A stretch of DNA of 63,876 bases, filler included, from Squatina squatina (lineage: Eukaryota): assembly GCA_031763465.1 (NCBI GenBank). It is 4 parts of 4 records of this genome, joined end to end, with 100 filler letters (N's around TTAATTAATTAA, not from the genome) between each part and the next. Parts side by side here need not be neighbours in the genome. Positions count along the whole stretch, not along the records: positions 1 to 19,895 come from JARFOE010000176.1; 3 more parts are not named here. One strand, 5' to 3'. A program made the position numbers and the translations under genes. Shown piece after piece: positions 1 through 12,960 of the stretch. Positions within the stretch are counted from its first letter, which is position 1. Every line of letters begins with the position of its first letter. The notes under the pieces are model-generated. The model saw only the letters and a program-made list of their open reading frames with translations. It was not told where the DNA came from and did no database searches.

Positions 1-216
1 GAGCTATTCTAGTAATGTGATTGTGAGTGTTCAATAACACCTCAATTTTTAGCTTTGGGCATTATTACATCATGGTCACTTCTGTAGCATATCAAGCTAA
101 TAGTTTACCACTATAGCTGTCGACAACAGCCAACATTTTGTTTAACATGTGGCATGAAAATGAAAGACAATCAGAGAAAAAAGAGAGATCTGATTTTCTT
201 CAAAGCTTGCACTTAC

Positions 217-337
217 TTTTTGTCTCCTTTATACCATTCAAAGGCTGCTGCGGGAACTGCTAAAGCCTCGCATCGCAACAGTCCTCCTTTACCCAGTACT
301 ATCCCATGACTCTTAATTTCCATTATTGTGGGAGGGT
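217..337 (-). CDS. negr1: IgLON family cell-adhesion protein (NEGR1-like), internal exon at start of Ig3
   Basis: Not in the ORF track. 121-nt exon with CAG acceptor (338-340) and GTAAGT donor (211-216). Reads (Y)PPTIMEIKSHGIVLGKGGLLRCEALAVPAAAFEWYKGDK(K), aligning with NEGR1 FAPTIQEIKSG...GLIRCE...VPPPAFEWYKGEKK. Confidence 0.88.
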
Positions 338-487
338 CTGGAACAGGCAATGATCACAGTGTTAGCAGATCACTCACAAACAAAGAAAACTGAAAGTATC
401 TTGCTATTTTGTAAAGTTAGATTGATTACTTTTGGATCTGCAGGCCAATCTCTGATGATTCACACCCAGTGGTATGTACTTCACATA

Positions 488-938
488 GAATGAAAGACGT
501 GCATTTCTGTAGCGCCTCTCATGACCTCAGGACGTCTTAAAGTGCTTTACAGCCAATGAGGTACTTTAGAAGTGTAGTCACTGAAGTAATGTAGGAAATG
601 CGGCAGCTAATTTGCACAAACAGCAATTGTGATAATTACCAGGTCATCTATTATTTGTGATGTTGATTGAGGGATACATATTGGCCAGGACACTGAGGAT
701 AACTCCTCTGCTCTTCTGTGAAAGAGTGCTGTGGGATCTTTTACATCCACCTGAGAGAGCAGATGGGGCCTCGGTTTAATATCTCATCCGAAAGGTGACA
801 TCTCCAAGAGTGCAGCATTCCCTCAGCACTGCCCTGGGAGTGTCCACCTGGATTATGCACTCAAGTCTCTGAAGTGGGACTTGGACCCCCACTTTCTGAC
901 TCAGAGGCGTGAGTGTTACCCACTGAGCCATAGCTGAC
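488..938 (-). mobile_element. tRNA-derived DeuSINE (SacSINE1-like), near full length
   Basis: Reverse complement has an A/B-box head (TGGCTCAGTGG...GGTCCAAGTCC), a Deu-like core (TTAAACCGAGGCCCC...AAAAGATCCC) and an L2-like tail. Homologous to 58255-58708. Confidence 0.8.
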
Positions 939-1146
939 ACATATAAAACAAACACGTGCTTTCATGCTGAATTAAGGTAATCTTGCATAACACTGCTGCC
1001 AATGTTGCATATCACGTGGACAAATTACATGCAGTGTCATTCATAAAGTAATTTCAAAGCCTCCCATAGGTAATTATCAATTTTGAGTTTTTATAAAAAA
1101 ACTTTTTCTCAATGATTTAATTCCATTTCCTGTAAGAAAGAAAGAA

Positions 1147-1428
1147 GCAGGAACTTGCACTGATATAGCATCTTTCATATTCTCAGGACCTGCAAAATCA
1201 ATTAGTTACTTTTAAAGTACAGTGGTTGTTGTTTTGTAGGCAAACATAGCAACCAATTTTCACAACAGCAATGAGATGAATAACCAGATAACCTGCTTTG
1301 ATGTTGGTTGAGGGATAAATATTGACCAGGACACCTTCATATAAGCAAATGGGGCCTTGTTTAATTGTCATCTGGAAGACAAAACCTCTGACGATGCAGC
1401 ACTCCCTCATTACTGGACTGAAGTGTCA
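1147..1428 (-). mobile_element. SacSINE1-like fragment
   Basis: Same tail and core motifs as 488-938, truncated at gap. Confidence 0.7.
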
Positions 1429-2324
1429 NNNNNNNNNNNNNNNNNNNNNNNNNNNNNNNNNNNNNNNNNNNNNNNNNNNNNNNNNNNNNNNNNNNNNNNN
1501 NNNNNNNNNNNNNNNNNNNNNNNNNNNNCATACATAAAGAATAGTCTATCCCTTCATTCACCACTCTTGTCAGTTGAAATAAATCTCTCCATGTAATTCG
1601 CTACTACGTCTTGCAATTCAGTGTTTAATGGGGGAGAAAAGGCCAGCTCCCTACTGCCAGTATGGTAGGAGTTTGCTAGTAGCTCCCTCAGTCATCCATC
1701 ATTCATGCCACAGTTCAGCCTGACATCACATTTAGGGGAATACAATTTAGCCAGGATTCATGTGCTCACAAATTACTGTTGACAGTATTAGTGGACAAAA
1801 GCTTAATACGTTTGAATGACATTCCTCTATCTATTATATTAACACGTGTCAACTCATTTATTTTAAACCAGTTACATGTTAGCCACCTCCGCTAAAACAT
1901 TGGTCAGAGGAATGCCATTTGTCTGCTGATATTACCAACATTTTAGGCTATGATCTTCTCATTAATTACTAATGTTGCCTTTATTTCATGAGATTGCCAA
2001 AATGCTTATTGATTTATTGGATATCATTCAGAAAGGCAAAATATAAATGGTGGTCATGTACTCCTATCCTAAACCATAAAAGTATATCTTATGCCATATA
2101 TTAATCTTACTGAAACCCATCTCTTTAATTTAAGCAATACTGACATGCTATCCTTAAAGTATTTTCTCCTCTCCTTCCTCCCACTCCAGCTCCACTGAAG
2201 TATCTCATTCTGGCCTGAAACGCACCAGAGAACTGGTTAGCCAATATTAGCGGCAGGCTCTTTCAATGAGCTGCTCCATACAGTCAGCAAAAGTTAACAT
2301 TCCTTTCAGTCCCAGCTATCAATT

Positions 2325-2420
2325 TATTCTGATGGAGGGTTATGGCTGAAATGTCAACATTTTCCGTTTGTTACAGATGCTGCCTGGCTTGCTGAGCGTT
2401 TCCAGCATTTTCTGCTTTAG
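2325..2420 (+). mobile_element. Penelope-like terminal repeat fragment
   Basis: TCTGATGGAGGGT...ACAGATGCTGCCTGGCTTGCTGAG...TTCCAGCATTTTCTG motif; related copies near 11885-11990, 14325-14365 and 19025-19055. Confidence 0.5.
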
Positions 2421-2619
2421 TATGAATCTGAGATGTCAGTGATTTTAGAATTCAGCATCAACCCAGTAAAAAACGATTGCTCCCAAGCAGTTCATTAACA
2501 GTTACTGAGCAGTACTGTTAAGAGATACTGAACATCACCAGTTATATGGAGCAGCTGAACATCACAGCCTGTAGGAGCTCCAACTGAGTCTGAATGGTGG
2601 GGAGGGGAGTATTTTACAT

Positions 2620-2885
2620 TGAATGCTGACCTGGATTCAAATACACAATGTAAATTGATCAAATTCACAGATGGTACTAATCTAGGGGAGCAGTAAGACA
2701 GATGAAGCAGCCAAAGAATTACAGCAGAGCGTTGACAATATTTCCGTGTGGGCTCAACTTTCACAGATGAAATTCAATACTGATAAATGTAAGCTCTTGT
2801 ACGTTAGAAGAAAATATGGTGGACATACTTATTGAATGTTGCTAAACTAGCTAGAGGTGAGGCTGAAAGGGGTCTGGGTGTGGTA
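2620..2885 (+). mobile_element. decayed CR1 LINE RT fragment
   Basis: Degenerate ND.LD...IKFTDGT.LGG (FADDTKL) and QMKFNTDKCK motifs. Confidence 0.6.
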
Positions 2886-3269
2886 ACATGCTAAACTCTC
2901 TTAAGGGGCTCTCAGCCATGTTCATTGTTGTAGATCATTTTCCCTGGTGATGAAGGAAGTTATAAAGCTCCAATAAAAACAGAAAGAAAAATTATTTATA
3001 CATACCAGATGGGATGAGGCCTATTGTAAAAATAAATGTCCCTGTGAGTGTGTTAAGGGCAGTCGTACCTGATGACGTTAATGCTATTGATACGGCCAAG
3101 TTGCCTTATTGCAGGTCCCATGCTATAACCCAAATTATGAGTTTGGGTATCAATTCTAGAAAATGGGAAAGACAGCTATGCTTGAGTCAGCTCCTTATGG
3201 AGGCAGAAGTGCTGCACTTAAAGCTGGAGAGCTCTTAAAGCAGTACCAACAACAACAGTCATTTCAAAC

Positions 3270-3900
3270 CATGGATCAAAAAGGAACAAACAAGAAAGCC
3301 TGAAATTTCTTGGCGAATGACACAAAGAAGGTTGTGACTAAAATTAGGCAGGGGCAGGGAGATTAAATAGTGGGAATGGGTGCCAACAGATCTGTCAATA
3401 CAGCAGGCAGGACCATGTGGAAAGAAGTGACTAAAGTAGTGAGTAGTAACTCCTCAACACTCAGGACCCCTTTCCAATGAGGGACAGGGTTTCATTAATG
3501 ACAAAGGTAAGTATGACTGCTGCAATCTGCCGTTGATGTATATTTTGTACATTTCAGACAGTAGACCTATATATACCATAAAAGTGCATTCAAAAGTCTG
3601 CAGGTATTATCTTGTGCACTAAATGAACTGTATTGATAACCACACATGGAAAGCTTCAGTCAAATGGAGACGGCATTCTTAAATGCATGCATGTCTATTG
3701 AAACCTCACTATTTCTGCAGAAATTCTATGAGAAGTGATGAGAATTCTCAAATAGTTGCCCAATTAAAGAGTCTGTGACTGCCAATAACAAATGTTGTTT
3801 TTCATGCAGGAAAGATTGTGCACAATTCATAATGAGGATAGGCTACAGAAAGACAGATAGCAGGATGAGGAGGTATTCCAAATTTTGGCAACTTACTCAC
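3270..3900 (+). mobile_element. decayed PIF/Harbinger Myb/SANT-like gene relic
   Basis: 3415-3480 reads MWKEVTKVVSSNSSTLRTPFQ*, matching the W.EVA..VS......RT..QC pattern of Harbinger Myb proteins. Followed by donor AAG|GTAAGT (~3506) and acceptor tttcatgcAG (~3809). Confidence 0.5.
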
Positions 3901-5586
3901 TAATACTGTAAGGGATGGCGACATGGGAGAGCCACCACCCACGGGTGTTTTGTACTGACTAAGTGAAATATCCAAAGATAGAACTGATCTCTCATTTTAG
4001 GCTCGTACTCGGAGGGGACCCTAATCTGAGGCTAACAGAAAGGAAAAGTAGACATCACATTACATTTCCCATTCTTCTATTCCCAGAGAACCTGGAATGA
4101 AAAAGATGGTGCAGAAGGAGAAACAGAAAGAACCAATGCCAGAACCATCAACATCTGGCACTGCCAGCAGAAATTGCCCAACCTTCACCCCCCACCATGA
4201 ACTCTATCTGCACTGGCCAATCTAGATAGGTTATTTCAGGATAATACAGACAGTCTAGATGAGGAACTGACACAGGTAATTCACAACTCACAAGGAAGCT
4301 AAAGGATGCGGTATTGGAGGTGCAACATGATGTCAGACTTTGCTTGATGAACATACTGACAAAGATCTCATCGGTCCTCTTGTGAAAAGATGATTTTCTT
4401 GGTCAACATAATAAACTCCAGATGATGATGAGGGAAATACAGCTCATCCACCTAGCCCNNNNNNNNNNNNNNNNNNNNNNNNNNNNNNNNNNNNNNNNNN
4501 NNNNNNNNNNNNNNNNNNNNNNNNNNNNNNNNNNNNNNNNNNNNNNNNNNNNNNNNNNCTGACCAATGGAAATGAGTGGGCTGTAGTTCCTCCTCACCAA
4601 AACTCTGCCCGGAAGAGGAGAAACCACTCCGATATTTCATATATATTGTGGGTATTGTGCAGAATTCAGCACTGCCTACAATTCAAATATCAAGCAACAC
4701 AGGATTAAAATTAGAAAATGAAGAATCAGAAGGGAATTTAGGAAATATTTTAACACCAAGGTTATTACCTTTGTGGAATAAGTTACAAGGAAGGTCATTA
4801 AAGCAAATAGTATAAATAGGTTAGAACAACATTTATATGTATCTGTAGAGAGAGCAACAATGATAGATATTCTAAGCTAGGGTTGGGGTTTATCAAAAAT
4901 GAACAGGCTTGCTACATCTAAAGGCCTTTCATGTATTTTATTTCAATCTCATTGGTATTCAAGTGGCATTGGAAAAAAAAACTGGCAACACTCATCCAAC
5001 AACAAGTGATTTTGAATTTCAACTCTCAAGTTGGGGTGCAACCAGCCAGATTATTTTTTTGTTGTCCGCTCTAATTGGCACATTCTTATTTCTGCATTCA
5101 GCTTCACCAATAAAATCAATACCTTTGTCAGTTTAACATGTAACGAGGACCATAGTTGCCAATTGTCTCTAAATTAATGGAGTGCCCTCAAGAAATGCAG
5201 TTGATTGATGGTCAGAGTTAAATTATTGAAAAATCATCGAGTGTCCTTAGATTTTATACTGCTACAAATTAAATTTGTCATGGTGACTGCTCCTTTCATG
5301 CTCCTTGGCATGTGTGAAATGACTCTATTAATGAGCAACCAACTGTGCATGTTCCACAAACAGCCAACATTCAAGTCAGTTTTAGAGCGAAGACAAAAAG
5401 ATCCAGGTTGTAGTGGCAAGAAAATTGCAAGCAGTGTTAGCTGGAGACAACAAAGGGATAACAAGAGTGAGAAGAGAGATGCCAGTGAGTTGGTGTGGAA
5501 AAAATATTAACTGGAATTAGTTCACAACGCCACATATTTATCCTGAAGGAGTGTAGACAGGATTAATGAAAGGGAGGCAGACACAC

Positions 5587-6515
5587 TGGGTGAAATATTC
5601 ACCACTGTTTTGCCTGTTTTTTAGGTGCAAAATGGAGGATAGGGGGATAAATTTCAGGTCATAGAGTCAGAGTCATTACGGCATAGAAGGAGGCCATTTG
5701 GCCCTTCGAGTCCATGCTGGCTTTCTGTAGAGCAATCCAGTCAGTCCCATTCCCCCGCTCTATCCCCATAACCCTGCAAGTTTATTTCCGTCAAGTACCC
5801 ATCCAATTTCCTTTTGAAATCGTTGATCATCTCTGCTTCCAGCGCCCTCGTAGACAGTGAGTTTCAGGTCATTACCACTCGCTGCGTAAAAAAAAGTTCT
5901 TCCTCACATCCAAACCTGTCATAATCTTGTACACCTCTATCAAATTTCTTCCATGTCCAATCTCCCCCGGAAGTACAGCAGCTGACAAATTAAAAGCAGG
6001 CGACATTTAGGTGTGCAGGGCTCGTGCTTGTAACAGGAGTTAGGTACCTTGCATATGCAAATCGGGGTTCGATTGAAAATTGTAGGACTCCGATTCAAAT
6101 TTGTGTACAAATAGCCGGAGCCTGTGACATGCATGCTCCGCCCAGTTATTCCAGGTCTCGAGCAGCCTAAGCAGCAGCAGCTGAACAAATGGCCATAAAA
6201 CTGTTTACAAGTTACATTTCTGTGGAGCCAGGAAGAGCAAGAGTGTTCCCCCTAGCTCCACGAAAAGACTGCAGGCTGTTGGACGCCCAGACCTGTCCCT
6301 CTCCACTTCACCTCCCAGGACTTGGCCCGACATTGGAGCCGGTTGAAATTAGTCAGGCCCCGACTGGCGAGCTGCATCGGCTTGCCTGAGTGGTGCCCGC
6401 AGCTCGTCTGTTTAATATGAATGAGGCCTGCGCCAAACTTCAATGAGGCCTCAGACTGCAGCAATCACTTTGTTGACTTGCCGCCCGTTTTGGGCACAGG
6501 TCCAATTTTGTGGCC
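5587..6515. mobile_element. GC-rich non-autonomous TIR element (Harbinger-like) interrupted by a CR1 3' end at ~5655-5945
   Basis: Left end GGGTGAAAT, right end CCAATTTTGTGGCC. The insert carries CR1 3'UTR motifs and has AAATTTC on both sides. Confidence 0.5.
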
Positions 6516-6759
6516 ACACATGTAGGATTAGGCTGAAGCAGAAAGAAAGAGAGAGGGGATATCTTTCAGGGAAGATGTGACCAAGAAAGCGAATGGTATG
6601 TTAGCATTCATAGCAAGAGGATTCGAGTATAGGAGCAGGGAGGTTCTACTGCAGTTGTANNNNNNNNNNNNNNNNNNNNNNNNNNNNNNNNNNNNNNNNN
6701 NNNNNNNNNNNNNNNNNNNNNNNNNNNNNNNNNNNNNNNNNNNNNNNNNNNNNNNNNNN

Positions 6760-6842
6760 TGCGAGGCATTCATAGTTTCCAGCCTGGTCCCGAGTAATGC
6801 CAGAAATCTCAAGGTATTCACCTTCATTGTCAAAATCCTTTG
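6760..6842 (-). CDS. negr1: IgLON/NEGR1-like exon, second half of Ig2, 3' part lost in N gap
   Basis: Acceptor ttacatttcAG at 6843-6844, phase 1. Reads (A)KDFDNEGEYLEISGITRDQAGNYECLA, with the GITRDQAG.YEC motif of NEGR1. Same strand and correct order relative to the 217-337 exon. Confidence 0.85.
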
Positions 6843-8159
6843 CTGAAATGTAATAACACAGTGTTAAAGGATCAAACCTGTATGACTGCATGACTTATAA
6901 CGTGAGGTTGATACTTTGTTTTGTGTCTTCATAGCCAGACAAGTGACTTTTTTTAAATAGAAAAACACGTACTTTTATATGTCTAAGACAAGGTGGATAT
7001 AAGCATGCTCCATATAACTGTTCCTTGTACATATCTTTTAAACCTTGTGCACATTGACTGGACCTCAACTATTTCTGTAATTGAGTTCAGTGACCCTTCA
7101 ACAACCAAGATTTACTCCACTTTTAGAATCTTGTACACTTCAAGTAATCTGACAATCAACTAAATGCACTGACAGCAAAATAGATTTTCTTTTCCCTGGA
7201 GGCCTTGGTCTGGATTTGTTTACTTTGCATGTGCACAGAATAGAAAGACTACCAAAATTTATGTCTTTTTCAGCTTCTTAATTATTGTCCAAGATACAGC
7301 AAAGGGACATTCTCCTGGTTGCTTTGTTAATAAATGTATGGAACATAACTACAATCCAGGAAGTCCAAGTTTTAACCACTGATCTCAGCCAGCGTTACAA
7401 GAGGGGTAATGTTAGTTACGGTTCCTGCTCCAATTGCTGCTGGAAAGCTATATGTAGAATGGGATTTGGTAATGGCTGTCAATTATTTTACACTGCTCCG
7501 TGTAAGTATAAGTACGAATGTTCTTGCATTGGTATCATGGCTAGATATGGAGGTTACAGATATCAATAATGTTTGCCTTTACTCATTTGATAAGGATTGC
7601 AGAATTAGAGGTTGTGCATATAAAATCCTTAGGCGAAGAGTCAGCTTAGATGCCAGAAAATATTTAGGACGCCCAATTGGATTGCGACCAAACAGGCCGC
7701 AGCGTTGGGGTCCCTTAGTCCGGAGTGCCCCCCGCTAGCAGTGGGGCACTGCGGCACGACCTTGGTCTATTTGAAGCCGTTTCAGACCAGTGTAGCGTGT
7801 CAACGCAAAATCAGCGTTGCCACGGTGCTGACCCGGCGGTGACCCGGCCAACGCCATGTCACTTCCTGGTTATGCCAGCAACGTCGAGTGAGCTACGCTG
7901 CCAGCACAATCACACATGCGCGATCCATGGTACTGCCCCCTCCCTTATGGGAAAGGGCCGCAGGCTTGTGTGGCTGAATTGGATCCAGGGCCCACAGGGC
8001 CTCAAGGTAAGTTTAAACTTTTTTATTTTTGAAGGTGCTGGCACGCCAGCGAGTGTGCCNNNNNNNNNNNNNNNNNNNNNNNNNNNNNNNNNNNNNNNNN
8101 NNNNNNNNNNNNNNNNNNNNNNNNNNNNNNNNNNNNNNNNNNNNNNNNNNNNNNNNNNN

Positions 8160-9072
8160 ACTCACCCTAACCCAGAACCAGCACACCACGGTCATCAGTG
8201 CGTACGCCCCAACCCTAGAACCAGTGGACGAGACCAAAGAGGAATTCGACTCCACTCTTGAACAATCTCTGTCCCATGTCACAAAACGAGACAAGCTGAT
8301 CCTCCTCGACGATTTCAATGCCAGAGTCGGGAAGGATGCAAACCTCTGGAAAGGCGTGACTTTATGAAAGCCTTCCACTCTGTCAACTGGGAGGGATTAT
8401 GGAGAGATCTCAAGTTTGGCTGTCCACAAAAATTCGTCACCATCCTCTGCCTGGTCCACGATGACGTGCAACCAGTGATTCTCTCCAATGGCTCAATCAC
8501 CGAGCCAATTCAAGTGCATACTTGGGTCAAGCAGTGCTGTGTCATCGCACCGACGCTCTTCTCCATCTTCCTCATCGCAACACTCCATCCCATCTCCATG
8601 AAGCTCACGGCTGGAGTTGAGCGAATCTACAGGATAACTGGGAAACTCTTCAATCTTCGCCGCTTCTAGTCCAGAACCAAGACCACCCCAACCTCTGTCA
8701 TTGAGCTGCAGTACGCAGACGACGCTTGCATGTGCGCACACTCGGAGGTTGAGCTCCAATCCATCGTCGATTTATTCACTGAGGCATACAAAAGAATGGG
8801 CCTCACACTAAATAAAGGTCCTACAACAGCCTGCCCTAGCTGCACAACACCAACTCCCAAATATCAAGATCCATGGTGAGCCCCTGGACAATGTGGATCA
8901 CTTGCCATACCTTGGGAGCCTCCTCTCAGCAAGGGCAGACATAGACAATGAAATCCAACACTGCCTCCAGTGTGCCAGCACAGCCTTCGGCCGCTTGAGG
9001 AAAAGAGTGTTTGAAGATAAAGACCTCAAACCTGGCACCAAGCTCATGGTCTACAGGGCAGCAGTGATACCC
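8160..9072 (+). mobile_element. RTE-clade LINE fragment (endonuclease + RT), internally deleted
   Basis: TVISAYAPT...DKLILLDDFNARVG (APE endonuclease), then KAFHSVNWEGLW, VKQCCVIAPTLF, LQYADDA, DHLPYLGS, ASTAFGRLRKRVF. Contains frameshifts and stops. Confidence 0.9.
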
Positions 9073-9774
9073 NNNNNNNNNNNNNNNNNNNNNNNNNNNN
9101 NNNNNNNNNNNNNNNNNNNNNNNNNNNNNNNNNNNNNNNNNNNNNNNNNNNNNNNNNNNNNNNNNNNNNNNNCTACACACCCATAGTATACTGTGAACCA
9201 TTATCCTATGGGCCAGTTCACTGTGAACCCCTTCCCGGTTTTTGCTCAGGACTGTGTGTCTAGCCTGGAATAGAGGTGCTGAACTGTACCTTCTGATTTT
9301 ATTTCAGATTCTGCAGAGATTTCTCTGGAGTGGTTATACCGATGCTTTGCACTACCTGCTGCTGAATGGTGAGTTTGGATTGATATCATGGCCTGTGGTG
9401 TATATATGTATCTTGATCCTGTAGATAAGGTTTTCCTGTGTCTCATCTGTCTGCTGTGTGAAGAATCTAAACCCTTTACTCACTCATGTCCTTAAATAAC
9501 CCGTGTGGGTCTTGAACCCACCACCTTCCCACTCCTTGGCAAGAGTGCTACCACTGAGAGTATCTCATCTAAACCTATCAGATATTCACGACCTGCCAGG
9601 ATAGTGTAACCCCGTTTCCCCATCACCGAGTGGACTAAACTGGTAGTGTGTGTTGTCACAGGGCGAGCTTGAATTGGTTTTGGCAGTCTACTGCTGGAGG
9701 GATGTATCTTGTACCAGAGCACAAGCTGTTTCTCTACACCCTCGGATAGATTGAGTGGGTTGTATTGAAACATT

Positions 9775-9945
9775 GGGGATAATTTTAAGCTAAACCACAG
9801 GGATCGGGTGCAACACCGGTTTTCCATTCTGCCCAATATAACTCTCATTGACTTCAATGGCGATCCAAATCTAAGGTGTTAAAGCCAGCCTTGCAGCCAT
9901 TCCTACCAGTTTCCCGACGGGCGTGTTGGGTTGAAATTGGCCCCA
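9775..9945. mobile_element. short palindromic MITE
   Basis: Ends GGGGATAATTTTAA ... TTGAAATTGGCCCC; same family as 33225-33405. Confidence 0.5.
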
Positions 9946-10219
9946 CATGTTCCCTTGGCTCATAGTGCTGACCATGTCAATGTTGTACAATTTTTCTTAG
10001 CTTTATTTGTCACAAAGGTCTGTACACTTGAGGGAGGTCATTCTGCCCATCGTCCCGTACTGCACCCTCTTCACCGCATCTAACTGTATGACTGGGTCTT
10101 CCCTCCTCTACCCTACTCAGGAATCCGTTGTAGATTGTTGTTGCTTTTGTACCTTTGCGCTCTCTCCTTGGAGAAGAATGTGGAGTAGTCGGAGGATCCA
10201 CAGACTGAGTCTGACAGGG

Positions 10220-10848
10220 TGGTGTGAAATCTACAGGACGAGTGGGAAACTGTTCAACCTCCGCCATCTCCAGTCCAGAACCAAGACCACCCCAACCTCC
10301 ATCATCGAGCTGCAGTACACAGACGATGCTTGTGTGTGCGCACACTCGGAGGCTGAGCTCCAATCCATCGTCGATTTATTCAGTGAGGCGTACGGGAGAA
10401 TGGGCCTCACACTAAACATCCGCAGGACAAAGGTCCTACACCAGCCTGTCCCAGCCACACAACACCAACCCCCGACTATCAAGATCCACGGCGAGCCCCT
10501 GGACAACGTGGATCACTTTCCATACCTTAGGAGCCTCCTCTCAGCGAGAGCAGACATAGATGACGAAATCCAACACCGTCTCCAGTGTGCCAGCACAGTC
10601 TTCGGCCGTTTGAGGATGAGAGTGTTTGAGGAAAAGGCCTCAAACCTGGCACCAAGCTCATGGTCTACATGGCAGTAGTGATACCTGCCCTCCTGTATGC
10701 ATCAGAGACATGGTAATTGTACTGCAGGCACCTCAAAGCACTGGAGAAATACCACCAACGCTGCCTCCGCAAAATCCTGCAAATCAACTGGCACCAACGT
10801 CAGCAGCCTCTTTCAGGCCAACATCCCCAGCATCGAGGCACTGGTCAT
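10220..10848 (+). mobile_element. RTE-clade LINE, 5'-truncated RT and thumb
   Basis: YRTSGKLFNLRHLQSRTK...ELQYTDDA...VDHFPYL...HLKALEKYHQRCLRKILQINW. Very similar to 8625-9072. Confidence 0.9.
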
Positions 10849-12339
10849 NNNNNNNNNNNNNNNNNNNNNNNNNNNNNNNNNNNNNNNNNNNNNNNNNNNN
10901 NNNNNNNNNNNNNNNNNNNNNNNNNNNNNNNNNNNNNNNNNNNNNNNNACGCTGGTTCGACCATCAATTGGAACGTTCAGAAAACTGTGCCCATGCTCAA
11001 AATTCTGATATGTGCCGCTGGCCAAGGATGCTCCCTTGTTGGGGGTGCATTGTTCAAAAATTATTCTGTACAACTCTTCAGCACATTGCCATAGACAGGA
11101 CTTTTTGGAGAAGTAACCACATCAAAGATTGTGCAGCATTTTCCGGGAGCACTTACTCGTGAACCACAAGATCTCACTACAGAGGAATCTAAGAGGGTTT
11201 CCTGCTTTGACAAAAGTTGTGAGTAGAATGCACTGAAACAGTAAATAAATTTGATCGCCACTTATATATTAAAATTGATGAAACATTTGTCAAAGTATTA
11301 TCTCACCTTAAGTGAACTCTGAATCATTTGTAAAATAGTTTTCTGATGATTGAATAAACCAGATTAACCCAGGAAATTTCATGCACTTTTTAAACAAATT
11401 CTGGAGGTCAAAGCAATTTTATGTGTGTGTCATGTGTCATAATGCAGACCGTGAATTATATACACACAGACTTTGACATATTCAATTATAGAATGCAATT
11501 TATTTCAGATTTGTTAGGAGAACTGCAGTCCATCAAAGAGGGCCAATAATTATATATGGAGCAGCTACAAGTCCCATAAATCATGCCTATCAATATCAGT
11601 GACTGGTAAAATGTCAGATCATTGACATGCTGTAGTTAAGTAAAAACCACAATTTAAAGATAGCACGTTCCATTACAATAGTCTCAGTATTCCATCTTGT
11701 AAGCATAATTGGCCAAGTACATTTCTAAAAGCACTTAACAAGCACACAAAAGCCCCGTTGACAAAGCACTAGGCCTGTTTCAATGGTCCCAGTTAATAGA
11801 TGAGGTTTTATCTGTGTATGTGTGAACATCTCATTCTACTTTAATTTGTAAAAGAGGGTTGCACTCATATAAAAAGCATGCCAGTTCTGATGAAAGGTAT
11901 AAGCTGCAAAATGAAGCTGCCCTTCTCTCTACTTCAAACGTTGACTGACCTGCTGTGCACTTTTTTAGTTCAGCTTTCCAGCATTATTAGCAACATGAAC
12001 CATGAGAAATGAAATATTTCATCTTTCACATGGCTATATACCAATTGGTATCTCTCCCTGCCATTTGTAGTTCTTGTGCTTTACATGTTCAAATTGCTGG
12101 TCAGGGACACTGAGGCCAACAGCAGCACTTCCACCAGTGCCTCAGCCTCGAACAGTCAACTCTGCACGGGCCACGGATCAAACCTGGGACCTTGCTGGTC
12201 CTGAAAGCATAGCACCACACCTGGTTATGTATCTTTCCACTGTGTCATTTGGGGACAATGATGGAAGATTTGACATAACAAATGAAATGAGCCTATTTGA
12301 AAATTTACAGGGATCTAAGTGTAGTAATAATCTTCTGTA

Positions 12340-12960
12340 CTTTGGCCCTGATTTTAACTCTGGGTGGATTTTGGCAGCTAATGAGTAAGGGGAGTTGGAA
12401 ACTTATCTGCTGCTTTAGCAATTCTAACTCCACAGCCTCATTTAAATCCCAATGACTGACTTCCTGCCCAGAGCGCGGAAAATCACACAGCTCGTAAGCT
12501 GCTCACTGACGCATGGTAGGTGGTGGTTTGGTTTCCGGAGACATCTCACAAGGGTCTCGTGTTTGGGAATTGGGGGGGAGGTGGTGTGGTGAAGTCTGGG
12601 GCAGAGGAGGCCTAGGCTTTCCTCTGGGGCCTGGAGGAGCACACAAAGGAAAGAAAAAAACTTAGCTTTTTTGGCCTCTTCACCTTCCTGATACGCCCTG
12701 TCTAGCTTTCATCTGGCAAGAAACCCATAGCAGCTTCCCTGGTCAGGCCAGAGTTAAAATTGCAGTCAGGTCCCAATTACATCATCAGAACCCACATGCA
12801 TATGTAAAGAAGGGCCTGCAGATTTTGGGTGGGTGTTCTTGCCGCCTGCTCAGGAGAGCAAGTTAAAATCCCAAAGGTTGGAATCCTGGTGACTTTACCC
12901 TGGCGGTTAAGTAAACCGGGCGATTTTAACAGCCCACCCGCCCAGTTTTCACCTTTCCTA
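12340..12960. mobile_element. GC-rich non-autonomous TIR element(s)
   Basis: GGCCCTGATTTTAACT ... AGTTAAAATC inverted motifs with a GC-rich interior. Confidence 0.45.
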
